64,000 nucleotides of DNA. Source: Candidatus Eiseniibacteriota bacterium. GTDB lineage: Bacteria; Eisenbacteria; RBG-16-71-46; CAVPCR01. Under the pieces are notes generated by a model. It was not told the origin of the DNA. It worked only from the letters and a program-made list of their open reading frames with translations, and made no database searches. A program made the translations under genes and the position numbers. Positions 30,681-39,556 of the stretch are shown one piece after another (the first letter of the stretch is position 1; each line of letters opens with the position of its first letter). The stretch spans positions 194,612 to 258,611 of the forward strand of contig CAVPCR010000002.1 of the NCBI GenBank assembly GCA_963702435.1, given 5' to 3'.

Positions 30681-31845
30681 GTCGCTTCTCCACTGGAATG
30701 AGGACCGTGACGACCGTTCCCTTCGCGAGTTCGCTCTCGATCGTGATCGCACCGCCATGCTGGCGGAGGAGCGCCTGCGATGTCGACAGCCCGAGCCCGG
30801 TACCGCTCGGGCGCGTGGTGAAGAAGGGCTCGAAGAGCTTCGGCAGATCGGCCCGATCGATGCCCACGCCGGTGTCGCGCACCACGATCTCGAGGAAACG
30901 ACGGAGCGGCGGCCCGGCGCCGGCAGCTTGCGCCGCATCCTGAGCACCTCGAGCATCCGGAACACCATGAGCACCCGCGGCACCGTGGTCGTCGCCGGCG
31001 CGCCGCCCGCTCCGTCCGACGACCGGCGCCAGTCGCTCGACCGCGCGGAGCACGATCGTGAGATCGCCGCCCGCGGGCATGGCCTGCACGGCATTGAGCA
31101 CGATGTTCAGGAGCACCTGGGCGATCTGATCGGGATCGACGTAGGCCGGCGGCGGCTCGCCTTCCACCTCGACGCGGGAGCGGATCCCCGCCTTCTCCAT
31201 GCGCCCCCGGGCCAGCGCGAGCGCGCGCTCGATCGAGTCACGGAGATCGTGCGCGGCCAGCCGCGGCTCGGGCGGGCGCGCGAAGCGGAGGAGATCCTCG
31301 ATCAGGCGATCGAGCCGCGCGACCTCCTCGAGGATGAAATCGACGAAGCGGAGCCGCGGATCGCCGGGCTCGAAGCGCCGGCGCAGCACCTGCGCATTGG
31401 TGCCGATGCCGGAGAGCGGGTTCCTGATCTCGTGGGCCATGCCCGCCGAGAGACGCCCGAGCGCGGCGAGGCGATGCGTCGAATCCTCCTCGCCCGCGGC
31501 CTGCGCGTGCGCGGCGACGAGGAGGAGCGCCCCGCCTCGATCGGATACGGGGAGGACGGTGACGTTCAGGCGGGGTTCGGTGTCGGCTGCGGGGGCGAGC
31601 TCGAAGGTGCCGCCGGCGCCGTCCCGGGCCGCCGCGAGAGCGCGGGTGAGTGCCGGCCCGCCGCTGAGCACCTCGTGGATCGGAGCGCCGTCGAGCTCGC
31701 GGTCGGGCGCGGCGAGGAGAGCGCGCGCGGCCCGGTTGGCGAGCTCGATCCGCCCCTCGCGATCGACGGCGATGGCCGCCCACGGCAGGCGCTCCGCGAT
31801 GAGCTCGACGAGCGCCCAGGGCGCGGGCGCCAGCGACGGCGCCAT
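30667..31845 (-). CDS. soluble PAS-domain sensor histidine kinase (NtrB/AtoS-like), partner of the EBP
   Basis: Preferred start MAPSLAPAPWALVELIAERLPWAAIAVDREGRIELANRAA (PAS). H-box LSAGMAHEIRNPLSGI. N box LLNIVLNAVQA. G box TTRPSGTGLGLSTSQALLRQHGG. The start codon is uncertain (the track ORF extends to 32025). Confidence 0.85.
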
Positions 31846-32113
31846 CGTTCCCCCGCGCACGCCCGGGCCGTCCGCCACGTCATGGGCCACGAGGACCTCC
31901 AGATCGAGGGCACAGCACTGGTCCCGCCGGGGGCACGGCGCGAGAACGCGAGCGGGACGTTCCAGGCCTGACGGCGGGCGCGATCCGCTAGTAAGGATCG
32001 CGCTCGGCGGGCGGAAATGTACCACAGCCCGCGCACGGCCGCCAACAGCGACCCGTTCCCCCGAGGAGACATCCTGAAGGAGAACCTCCTCCGCCGGGGA
32101 GGGCGTGAGCGGA

Positions 32114-32887
32114 TCAGCCGATGACGAGGAAGAGCGCGCCCACCGCCATGCAGTACACGCCGAACCACTCGAAGCGGCCGCGGCGCACGAGGAAGAGGAG
32201 CGCGCGAATGGCGATGAGCCCCGAGGCGAAGGCAGCGAGGATCCCGGCCGTGATGCCCAGCGGATCGACGTCCGCCATTCCCCCGAGCCTCATCAGCTCG
32301 TAGATGGTGGCGCCGATGATGGCCGGGATCGCCATCAGGAAGGAGAAGCGGGCGACGCGCACGCGGTCGACACCGAGGGCGAAACCGGTGGCCATGGTGA
32401 GCGCCGAGCGGGAGATGCCCGGGAGGAGCGCAAAGATCTGGGCGACCCCCATGGCCAGCGCCGACAGGGGGTTCACGGAAGCGGTGCCGACGCGAAAGGT
32501 GCGGGTGGCGATGAGGATGAGGCCGGTGACGACGAGCATCCAGGCGGCGAAATCCGGGGATGCGAAGGCCGAGTTGAATGCGGCGTAGAACATGGGCCCG
32601 AACACGGCGACGGGCAGCGTGGAGAGGACGAGGAGCCCCAGGAGCCCCGGACCGCCCATCGCACCCGGCTCCCGGGGCGGGCGCACGATGCCGAGGAGCT
32701 CGCGGCGAAAGGCCCAGAGCAGGGCGGCGAGACTCCCGGTGTGGAGGAGCACGATGACGGCCAGCTCATCTCCGGGTGTGTGGACCCAGCGGCCGAGGAG
32801 CACCAGGTGGCCGTCGCTCGAGATGGGCAGGAACTCGGTCACCCCCTGCACGAGACCGAGCAGCACGTAGCTCAGGAGTTGATGCAT
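32114..32887 (-). CDS. uppP: undecaprenyl-diphosphate phosphatase
   Basis: MHQLLSYVLLGLVQGVTEFLPISSDGHLVL...LLPGISRSALTMATG. 257 aa polytopic membrane protein. Confidence 0.95.
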   Translation of the reverse strand: MHQLLSYVLLGLVQGVTEFLPISSDGHLVLLGRWVHTPGDELAVIVLLHTGSLAALLWAFRRELLGIVRPPREPGAMGGPGLLGLLVLSTLPVAVFGPMFYAAFNSAFASPDFAAWMLVVTGLILIATRTFRVGTASVNPLSALAMGVAQIFALLPGISRSALTMATGFALGVDRVRVARFSFLMAIPAIIGATIYELMRLGGMADVDPLGITAGILAAFASGLIAIRALLFLVRRGRFEWFGVYCMAVGALFLVIG

Positions 32888-32968
32888 AGACGCGTGAATG
32901 TACCCGATGCAGCGCGGCAGGAGGGACGAAGTTCGGCCCGGAAACGGCGCGGACGATCGCCCGCGCCG

Positions 32969-33844
32969 TCAATCGAAGCGATAGGAGCGGCCCTCGCCCG
33001 ACGCCCGTAGCTCGCTCGCCCGGCGGAAGGCCGTGGCGCCGTCGCCGGCGCGGCCCGCGCGATCGTAGGCGATGCCCAGGTAGTAATGGGCGCGCGGGTA
33101 ATCGGGAACGAGCTGGACGGCGGTCTCGAGAGTGCGGATCGCATCGGTGAAGCGATCAGCGCGGCAATAGGCCACACCCAGGTGATAGAGGGTGGCCGCA
33201 TGGCGCGGCGACTGCGCCAGGCAGCTCTCGAGCGTGGCCAGCGCATCCTGGCCTCGCCCGCGCTTGGAGAGAATGAGACCCCGGTAGAAGAGCGCCTCGA
33301 AGCGATCGGGCTCGATGGCCAGGGCGCGGTCGAAGGCAGCCGTGGCCTCCTCGACCTGCCCGTTCCGGTAGTGGAGGAGACCGAGGTTGTAATGGACCTC
33401 GAACATGCCGGGGTCGAGCTGGCTGGCCCGCCGCAGATAGTCGAGGGCATCGGCCGTGCGCCCCTCCTCGGCGAGGATCGCGCCGAGATTCACGTAGGTC
33501 TCGGCCCGCGTGCCGTCGAGGCGCGCGGCGGCGCGCAGCTCGCACAGCGCGCCCTCCATGTCTCCGCGGCGATCGTAAACGAGCGCGATATCGACGCGCG
33601 CCGCCACGTGATTCGGATCGCGCTTCAGCGTGAGAAGGAGGAGCTGCTCGGCCTCGGCCAGACGCCCGCGCTTGAGCGCGCTCAATCCGTCGCGGAAGGC
33701 AGCCTGGATCTCGGCCCGTGTAATCTGCGGCCCGTGCCCGGGCGGCGGATTCACCGCGCCCGGAGTGGAGGCCGGGGATTCGCCGGAACCGCCGCCCGCG
33801 ATCGCTCTGGCCGGGGGAAGCGAGTGGATATCGACGTGCTTCAT
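32969..33844 (-). CDS. tetratricopeptide (TPR) repeat protein
   Basis: Internal start MKHVDIHSLPP (ATG 33844). At least six TPR-like units (AEAEQLLLLTLKRDPNHVAARVDIALVY, ..., YPRAHYYLGIAYDRAGRAGDGATAF). Confidence 0.85.
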   Translation of the reverse strand: MKHVDIHSLPPARAIAGGGSGESPASTPGAVNPPPGHGPQITRAEIQAAFRDGLSALKRGRLAEAEQLLLLTLKRDPNHVAARVDIALVYDRRGDMEGALCELRAAARLDGTRAETYVNLGAILAEEGRTADALDYLRRASQLDPGMFEVHYNLGLLHYRNGQVEEATAAFDRALAIEPDRFEALFYRGLILSKRGRGQDALATLESCLAQSPRHAATLYHLGVAYCRADRFTDAIRTLETAVQLVPDYPRAHYYLGIAYDRAGRAGDGATAFRRASELRASGEGRSYRFD

Positions 33845-34012
33845 GGCGATGTCACGAGCGGGGCGTGGGGGAAAGACGCGCCGCCACCGCGAGGGGCACC
33901 GTGACGCTGCATGCGGATTCTCCCAGCGTGGACCGGCGACACAAGGAACGAGCGCGGGGTCGGGAGAACTCATCCCCGCGCTCGGTACGCTAGCAACGCT
34001 GTGTGGCGACGG

Positions 34013-35323
34013 TCAACCGGAAACTTGGCGGCTGGCGCGCGTCCTGCCGATGTCGAGCCGCAGCACGAGCTCGATGCACTCACCCGACTCGACCTGCTCG
34101 AGATCGAGCTCGATCGGCACGACGATGCGGCGCGAGCCGCGCGCCGGAGCCGGCGCGGGTGTGGCGTCCGCGCGCGATTCCTCGGCGGGGAACGCCTCCC
34201 GCGCGACCGAGTCGAGCCGCACGATTTCGAGCTGGGGCCGCGCGCTCGCGGGCGCATCGGCCGCCGGGGCCACCGGCGGGGCGGCCGGCGCCGCCTGAAC
34301 CGGGGGCACCGGGAGTTCCGTGGTGACCGGGAAGTCCGGCGAGAGGCCCGGGGGCGCATTGCCCTCGGCCCCGGCGCCGGGACGGGGCGCCACCGGGATC
34401 GGCTCAGCGAGCGCAATCCGGGCCCGTGGCGGCCCCGCCGAGCGCTCGATCTCGAAGACCTGGCTCCCCGAATCGCCGAGGATCGGCCGGTGCTCACCGG
34501 AAGCGGCGGCCGACGTCCCGGCGACCGGCGAGCCGGCGGCCGGGCGGACCTTGAGCGGAGCCAGGGGCAGGACGGGTCGCGCCGGATCAACCCGCGCCGG
34601 CGCGGGCCGGGCCATGGACGGATCGGGCTCGGGACGCTCCACCGAACCCGGGCTCGCTCCCGCGGCCGCGGCGGGGTGGGCCGCAGGCGTGGGAGGCGTA
34701 GGAGCGCCGGCGTGGACCGCGGCTCCCTGCATCGAGCCGAGCCGGGCCCGGAGGCGCGTGAGGAGGAGTTCGGAGACCAGACGCAAGGTCTCGAAGACGC
34801 CCTCTCCCTTCGCCGCCGCCGCCTCGACCACCGGGCGATCCCCCCGGAGGAGCCCCTGATCGAGTTCGTCGCGGGTGTAGGTGCTCGGCAGGTCCCGCTT
34901 GTTGTACTGGAAGACGAGCGGGATCTCGTCCAGGTCGAGTCCGTAGGCCTCGAGGTTCTCGCGCAGGTTGTCGAGGCTCTCCCGGTTCTCCTGCATCTTC
35001 CCCCGCTCCGAGTCGGCCACGAAGACGAGGGCGTCTACTCCCTTGAGCACGAGCTTGCGGGTGGCATTGTAGAAGACCTGGCCCGGCACCGTGTAGAGCA
35101 TGAGCCGGGCGCGGAACCCTCCGACGTCCCCCAGCTCGAGCGGGAGGAAATCAAAGAACAGCGTGCGGTCCGCCTTGGTCTTCATCGAGATCATCTTGCC
35201 CTTGTTGGCCGCGGGCACCGCCTCGTAGATGCGCTCGAGGTTGGTCGTCTTGCCGCACAGCCCAGGGCCGTAGTAGACGATCTTCGCGTTGATCTCCCTG
35301 CCCGAGTAGCTGACCACGACCAT
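34013..35323 (-). CDS. MglA-family Ras-like small GTPase with an approx. 240-aa Pro/Ala-rich C-terminal extension
   Basis: SGREINAKIVYYGPGLCGKTTNLERIY (P-loop). DRTLFFDFLP. LYTVPGQVFY (the TxxGQ typical of MglA). QYNKRDL (G4). The GTPase domain ends near residue 195 and the ORF continues to 436 aa. An AAGGAG Shine-Dalgarno lies upstream. Confidence 0.85.
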   Translation of the reverse strand: MVVVSYSGREINAKIVYYGPGLCGKTTNLERIYEAVPAANKGKMISMKTKADRTLFFDFLPLELGDVGGFRARLMLYTVPGQVFYNATRKLVLKGVDALVFVADSERGKMQENRESLDNLRENLEAYGLDLDEIPLVFQYNKRDLPSTYTRDELDQGLLRGDRPVVEAAAAKGEGVFETLRLVSELLLTRLRARLGSMQGAAVHAGAPTPPTPAAHPAAAAGASPGSVERPEPDPSMARPAPARVDPARPVLPLAPLKVRPAAGSPVAGTSAAASGEHRPILGDSGSQVFEIERSAGPPRARIALAEPIPVAPRPGAGAEGNAPPGLSPDFPVTTELPVPPVQAAPAAPPVAPAADAPASARPQLEIVRLDSVAREAFPAEESRADATPAPAPARGSRRIVVPIELDLEQVESGECIELVLRLDIGRTRASRQVSG

Positions 35324-35479
35324 TGGGATCTGGCTCCTTCTTGAGGAGTGATGACCGCCGGCCCCCTTCGCCCGCGCCCTCCGGCGCCTTCGCTCTGCGC
35401 ACCGGTGGATGCCATCGGCCCGGCGATGGCGGCGCCGCCGCGCGCCGGCCGGGCACGATGCCCGATGGGTGGCCGCCGA

Positions 35480-35887
35480 CTAGGCTTCCCGCACGATCCA
35501 GATGCCGGCCCGCTCGCTGAGCTGCGGCCGCCGGGCATCCTCATACACGTGCGGAGCGTAATGGCGGAGCAACACGCCGGTCAGGCGGTCCCGCTCCTCC
35601 GTCCGGAAGTATCGGCAGATCCGCTGGAACATACCGTCTTTTTCTGAGTAGGCGTGGAGGCAGACTTCGTCCACGCGCTCGAACTGTCCGGCGGAGAAGG
35701 AGATCCCGGCCTGATCCTCGAGATCGATCCAGATCGAGGCACGGGCCTCGACCAGATCGAACCCGTGTCGTTCGGCCATGAGGTACTGCCAGAGCCCGAA
35801 GATATCGAGGGGAATGAAGCGGAGACTCGGTGGGGTGGACGACCCACGGCGGCGAACCAGGCAGCGGACCATCTTGAGGCTCGCCAT
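35480..35887 (-). CDS. hypothetical protein, no family recognised
   Basis: 135-aa ORF with genome-typical high GC3. ...FIPLDIFGLWQYLMAERHGFDLVEARASIWIDLEDQAGISFSAGQFERVDEVCLHAYSEKDGMFQRICRYF... The start is uncertain (an alternative Met lies at 35779). Confidence 0.5.
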   Translation of the reverse strand: MASLKMVRCLVRRRGSSTPPSLRFIPLDIFGLWQYLMAERHGFDLVEARASIWIDLEDQAGISFSAGQFERVDEVCLHAYSEKDGMFQRICRYFRTEERDRLTGVLLRHYAPHVYEDARRPQLSERAGIWIVREA

Positions 35888-35904
35888 GACCCTCCCCTGC
35901 GAAA

Positions 35905-35920
35905 TGGCACGTCCGTTGCG
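35905..35920 (+). promoter_or_regulatory. sigma-54 -24/-12 promoter candidate on the plus strand
   Basis: TGGCACG-TCCG-TTGCG has an exact TGGCACG and TTGC with GG-N10-GC spacing. It lies 56 nt upstream of the ATG at 35976. Confidence 0.5.
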
Positions 35921-35975
35921 ATAGCGCCGAGACCGAAAGCACCGCTTCGGTGCTGCAGGTGTGCGGAGGTCTGCG

Positions 35976-36227
35976 ATGAAGGGATTCGGGTGGCGACGCG
36001 ACCGTCAGGTGTCGGCAGCCTATTGCCGCCGCGACAATCGAGTCTATCGGTCCTGTCCGCTGGGCAGCAACTGGGAAACCTGCACGCTGAACTGCGATTG
36101 CCTCCTCGCCGGGATGTCCGCCGCGGAGCGCAGCCCGGCGGCAGCCGGACCGCCGCCCGGGCCGGCCCGCGCCGCCGCATGGGTGGAGCCGGAAGCGCGC
36201 CGCCGCGCCGGAGGCGAGGCTTCCTAG
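35976..36227 (+). CDS. candidate small Cys-rich basic protein (83 aa)
   Basis: GGAGG (35965-35969) lies 6 nt before the ATG. MKGFGWRRDRQVSAAYCRRDNRVYRSCPLGSNWETCTLNCDCLLAG... has 5 Cys between residues 17 and 42. GC3 is about 80% by hand count, below the neighbours. It is flanked by a sigma-54-type promoter and a strong hairpin. Confidence 0.3.
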   Translation: MKGFGWRRDRQVSAAYCRRDNRVYRSCPLGSNWETCTLNCDCLLAGMSAAERSPAAAGPPPGPARAAAWVEPEARRRAGGEAS

Positions 36228-36268
36228 CACGTCCGCCACGTGCCGGCCGAGATCTGTCCGCGCCAATC

Positions 36269-36301
36269 GAGCGGGGTGGTCGAACATCGACCGCCCCGCT
36301 C
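36269..36301 (+). terminator. 15-bp stem hairpin downstream of the small ORF
   Basis: GAGCGGGGTGGTCGA-aca-TCGACCGCCCCGCTC has 14 Watson-Crick pairs plus one T-G pair. That pair is a valid wobble only in the plus-strand RNA. GCCTGTTCC follows (weak U-tract). Confidence 0.45.
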
Positions 36302-36466
36302 GCCTGTTCCGGGCCGCACCGGGGCGGCGCCCGCCGCGAGCTTCCCGCTTGACAGCCTCGGCCCCGGGTCCATAGCGTGCCCCATGGCCGGATCGTCGTA
36401 GCGCGGGGTGAGGTTCCCGGGGCCGGATCGCCCCGAGCGCCGCCCGCCGGTCCTCTCCACACTTTC

Positions 36467-37336
36467 ATGTTCGCATCTCTCGGCTTTTCCACCATCGCGG
36501 CCATGGCCCGCTTCGTCCCTACGCGCGCCGGGTATCTGGTCGCGCGGGCGGGAGCGCGCCTTCACTACGCCGTGTCCCCGACGCGCCGGGCCGCGGTCGC
36601 CGAGAACCTGGCCCGGGTGAGCGCCTTCCGCCGCGATCTCGAGCCGGGCCGGCGCCCGCAAGCAGCATCCGCCGTCGTCGCCACTTTCGAGAGCCACGGC
36701 GCCCTCCTCTTCGAGTGGCTGCGCGCGAGCGCCGGGGCGCGCTACGCCTTGCCGCTCGCCGGGCGCGAGCACCTGGACCGCGCGTTGCATCGCGGGCGCG
36801 GCGCCATCCTCGTCACCTGCCACCTCGGCAACTGGGAGGTGGCGGCCACCGAGCTCGCGCGCGCCGGATATCCGCTCACGGTCGTCACCGGCGAGCAGCT
36901 CGGGCGGTGGGCGCCCGCGGTCCGGCGCGACAAGGCCCGGCGCGGCATCGCCGTCGTGCGTCCGGCCGATGGCATGCGCGCGCTCTACCGCCAGCTGGCG
37001 GCGAACCGCATCATCACGCTCCTGATCGACGGCGACGTCTACTGGCGCGGGCAGCCGATCGACTTCCTGGGTGCACCCGCCGCCCTGCCCTGGGGTGCGG
37101 TCCGCCTCGCCCGCTCGACGGGCGCTCCGCTCCTCGCCGCCACCATGCGGCGCACGGGACCGGGGGCCTACGCGGCGGAGATCCATTCGCCGGTGGATCC
37201 CCGGGACGATGTTCACGCGGCGATGCGCGCGCTCCTCGCTCCGATCGAGCAGGCGATCGCGGCCGACCCGACCCAGTGGTGCCTGTTCCGTCCGCTGTGG
37301 CCCGGCCGAGACGGCGAGACCGGGGGCGCGCGTTGA
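36467..37336 (+). CDS. lysophospholipid/lipid A-type acyltransferase (LpxL/HtrB/PatA family)
   Basis: I chose the internal ATG at 36467. MFASLGFSTIAAMARFVP..., GAILVTCHLGNWEVAA (the HxxxxE/D acyltransferase motif of the Lip_A_acyltrans family). The stop overlaps the next gene. Confidence 0.75.
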   Translation: MFASLGFSTIAAMARFVPTRAGYLVARAGARLHYAVSPTRRAAVAENLARVSAFRRDLEPGRRPQAASAVVATFESHGALLFEWLRASAGARYALPLAGREHLDRALHRGRGAILVTCHLGNWEVAATELARAGYPLTVVTGEQLGRWAPAVRRDKARRGIAVVRPADGMRALYRQLAANRIITLLIDGDVYWRGQPIDFLGAPAALPWGAVRLARSTGAPLLAATMRRTGPGAYAAEIHSPVDPRDDVHAAMRALLAPIEQAIAADPTQWCLFRPLWPGRDGETGGAR

Positions 37337-38658
37337 GGATCGGCATCGTCACCCACGCCTACTATCCGCACTACGGCGGGGTCACCGAGAACGTCGCCGC
37401 CACGCGCCGCGCGCTCGCGCGGCTCGGACACCGCGTGACCGTGATCACGGCCGGGGCCGGAGCCGGAGAACGGGAGCCGGGCGTGATCCGCATCGGCGGG
37501 CAGATCCTCGTGCCGTGGAATGGCGCCACGGTGAACCTGACGCACGGCGTCGCGCTTGCGGACCGCCTCGCCGAGATCTACCGCCGCGAGCAGCTCGATC
37601 TCCTGCACATCCACTGCCCGCTCGCGCCGATGCTGCCGCTCGCTGCCCTCCGCGCCGCACGCGGGCGACCGGTGGTCGGCATGTTCCACGCGACGGCGCG
37701 GGCGAACCTCGGATACGCGCTCTTTCGCCCCCTCCTCGCGCGGGCGTTCCGCCACATCACGGTGCCGGTGGCGGTGAGCGAGCCGGCGCGCCGCTTCGTC
37801 GCGCAGTACTTTCCCGGCCCCTATCGCATCGTGCCGAACGGCGTGGATATCGAGCGCTTCTCCCCGACCGTGAAGCCGTTCCGCGCGCCGGACGGCGTGC
37901 CGACCATCCTCTCCCTCGGCCGCCTGGATCCGCGGAAAGGGATCGAGCATCTGATCGACGCCATGCCGCTCGTGGCCCGGGCCGTCGGTCGCGTGCGCCT
38001 CCTCGTGGCCGGCGACGGCCCGCGGGCCCGCGACCTGCGCGCGCGCGCCGCGGAGCGAGCGCGCGGCCTCGTCGAGTTCCTGGGCTCGGTACCTGCGGCC
38101 GCCGTGCCCGGCCTCTACGCCGCCGCCGATTGCCTCTGCGCGCCAGCGGTGCGGAACGAGAGCTTCGGCATCGTGCTCCTCGAATCGATGGCCAGCGCGC
38201 GCCCCGTCATCGCGAGCGACATCGACGGCTACCGCCAGGTCGTGGTGCCCGGAGAGACCGGCCTCCTCGTGCCACCGGGGGATCCCCGCGCGCTCGCGGA
38301 CTCCCTCTCCGCGGTGCTCGGAGATCCCGCGCGCAGGGCCGCCATGGGCGAGGCCGGACGGCGCCGCGCTCGCCGCTTCGCCTGGGAGGCGGTGACCGCC
38401 GAGCTCGTGGCCATCTACGACGAGGCGATGGGCGCGACACCCGCTGCCGTCCCCGAGCGCGCGGTCGCTCCCGCCAGCGCTCAGCGCGAGGATCTCGCCT
38501 GGCGCACCAACCTGGCGGGGAGTCCGCGGCCGCGCGGGAGGGAGGAGGAGCTCGTCGTGCTCGGGCGCGAGAGCGGCTCCGGGCACGGAGCGCGGAGCGG
38601 ACGCGCGCGCGCGCGTCGAGAGCGCACGGCGGCCGGCCGCATCTCCGGCGCGCGCTAG
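37333..38658 (+). CDS. GT4-family glycosyltransferase (PimA-like), with an approx. 70-aa low-complexity C-terminal tail
   Basis: The TTG start overlaps the upstream TGA (TTGA). LRIGIVTHAYYPHYGGVTENV...RLDPRKGIEHLI...NESFGIVLLESMASARPVIASDIDGY (E-x7-E). Confidence 0.85.
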   Translation: MRIGIVTHAYYPHYGGVTENVAATRRALARLGHRVTVITAGAGAGEREPGVIRIGGQILVPWNGATVNLTHGVALADRLAEIYRREQLDLLHIHCPLAPMLPLAALRAARGRPVVGMFHATARANLGYALFRPLLARAFRHITVPVAVSEPARRFVAQYFPGPYRIVPNGVDIERFSPTVKPFRAPDGVPTILSLGRLDPRKGIEHLIDAMPLVARAVGRVRLLVAGDGPRARDLRARAAERARGLVEFLGSVPAAAVPGLYAAADCLCAPAVRNESFGIVLLESMASARPVIASDIDGYRQVVVPGETGLLVPPGDPRALADSLSAVLGDPARRAAMGEAGRRRARRFAWEAVTAELVAIYDEAMGATPAAVPERAVAPASAQREDLAWRTNLAGSPRPRGREEELVVLGRESGSGHGARSGRARARRERTAAGRISGAR

Positions 38659-38700
38659 GAGGCCGTTGATTTCAACGGGCTGCCGGCGCCGGAGCCCTGG

Positions 38701-39405
38701 CTAGAAGACCCCCCGCCCGCCGGCGAGGATCGCGTTGAGCGCGGCGCGGAAGACCTCGTCGCTCGCCTGGGCGCCAGCGCACGCCTGGAAGTCGGCCCAC
38801 GCGTCGCGGATCACGGGCCCGAGATGCGCATCCCAGCGTTGGTCGGCGCGCGCCCTCGCCACCAGGTCTTCGTGCGCGGCAGCGAGCGCCTGGACGATGT
38901 CGGCGGCGATCTGCTCGAGGTCCTTCGCCGACAGCGCGACGAAGGCATCGGCCGGCGCTCCCTGCTCGCTCCCGTCGCCGCCAGCGGGCGCATGATCGCC
39001 GATCCCGAAGCCGTGCGTCACGAGGAGCGGACGCTCGCCGGGCCCGGTGCGTTCGAGGCGGATCCGCCCGCCCGTCTTGGGCGATCGCTGCGGCGCGGAG
39101 CGCGTTCCCGCGGGCAGCGGCGAGCCGGCCGGCCGGCTCGCGGCTCCGCGCGGCGGGATCCGCCGCTTCGACCCGGCCGTGTCCCGCCGGGCGGGGCCCG
39201 GGGTGGAGGCGCGCGGAGCGGCATGGCGGCCGGGCACGGGAGCGGCAACCGGCGCCGGGACCGGGGCGCCGGCAGCGGGGCGTTTGCCGCCGGCCACGCC
39301 GAACGCGCGCCCGCACTTCGCGCAACGTGCAACGGCACCTTGCGACGGAATGCCGCCCGGATTCATCCGGTGGCGAGCACTGCAATAGGGACAGGCGATG
39401 ATCAC
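38701..39405 (-). CDS. MJ0042-type zinc-ribbon protein with a Pro-rich linker and a conserved-looking C-terminal domain
   Basis: The GTG at 39405 follows GAAGGTCCACGC. (M)IIACPYCSARHRMNPGGIPSQGAVARCAKCGRAFGV has the CxxC...CxxC pattern. The rest of track ORF 38701..39702 upstream looks like noise. Confidence 0.55.
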   Translation of the reverse strand: MIIACPYCSARHRMNPGGIPSQGAVARCAKCGRAFGVAGGKRPAAGAPVPAPVAAPVPGRHAAPRASTPGPARRDTAGSKRRIPPRGAASRPAGSPLPAGTRSAPQRSPKTGGRIRLERTGPGERPLLVTHGFGIGDHAPAGGDGSEQGAPADAFVALSAKDLEQIAADIVQALAAAHEDLVARARADQRWDAHLGPVIRDAWADFQACAGAQASDEVFRAALNAILAGGRGVF

Positions 39406-39556
39406 GCGTGGACCTTCTGGAACCGGGACTGCCGCCCGGCGCGCGCACGGCTCGCGATGCGGCCGCGACGCCCGGGCAGGCCTCGGTGGCGGTACGGAGT
39501 CGGGGCAACGCCCCCAGCCACATCCGCCTGCGTCCGGGCGAGACACCGCTCCGGGT

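Noticed and set aside
30880-31040. I suspected a further compensating frameshift pair in the PAS kinase ATP-binding domain.
   Set aside because: Hand translation of the other two frames gives no kinase-like text. It is treated as a genuine loop insertion.
35324-35479. Sigma-54-like match TGGCATCCACCGGTGCG upstream of the MglA-like gene.
   Set aside because: The GG-to-GC spacing is 11 rather than 10 nt, and RpoN promoters do not tolerate this.
35480-35887. I asked whether the 135-aa gene upstream of the MglA-like GTPase is a divergent MglB.
   Set aside because: It has no resemblance to the Roadblock/LC7 pattern of MglB as I recall it. It is kept as a hypothetical protein and flagged as a finding instead.
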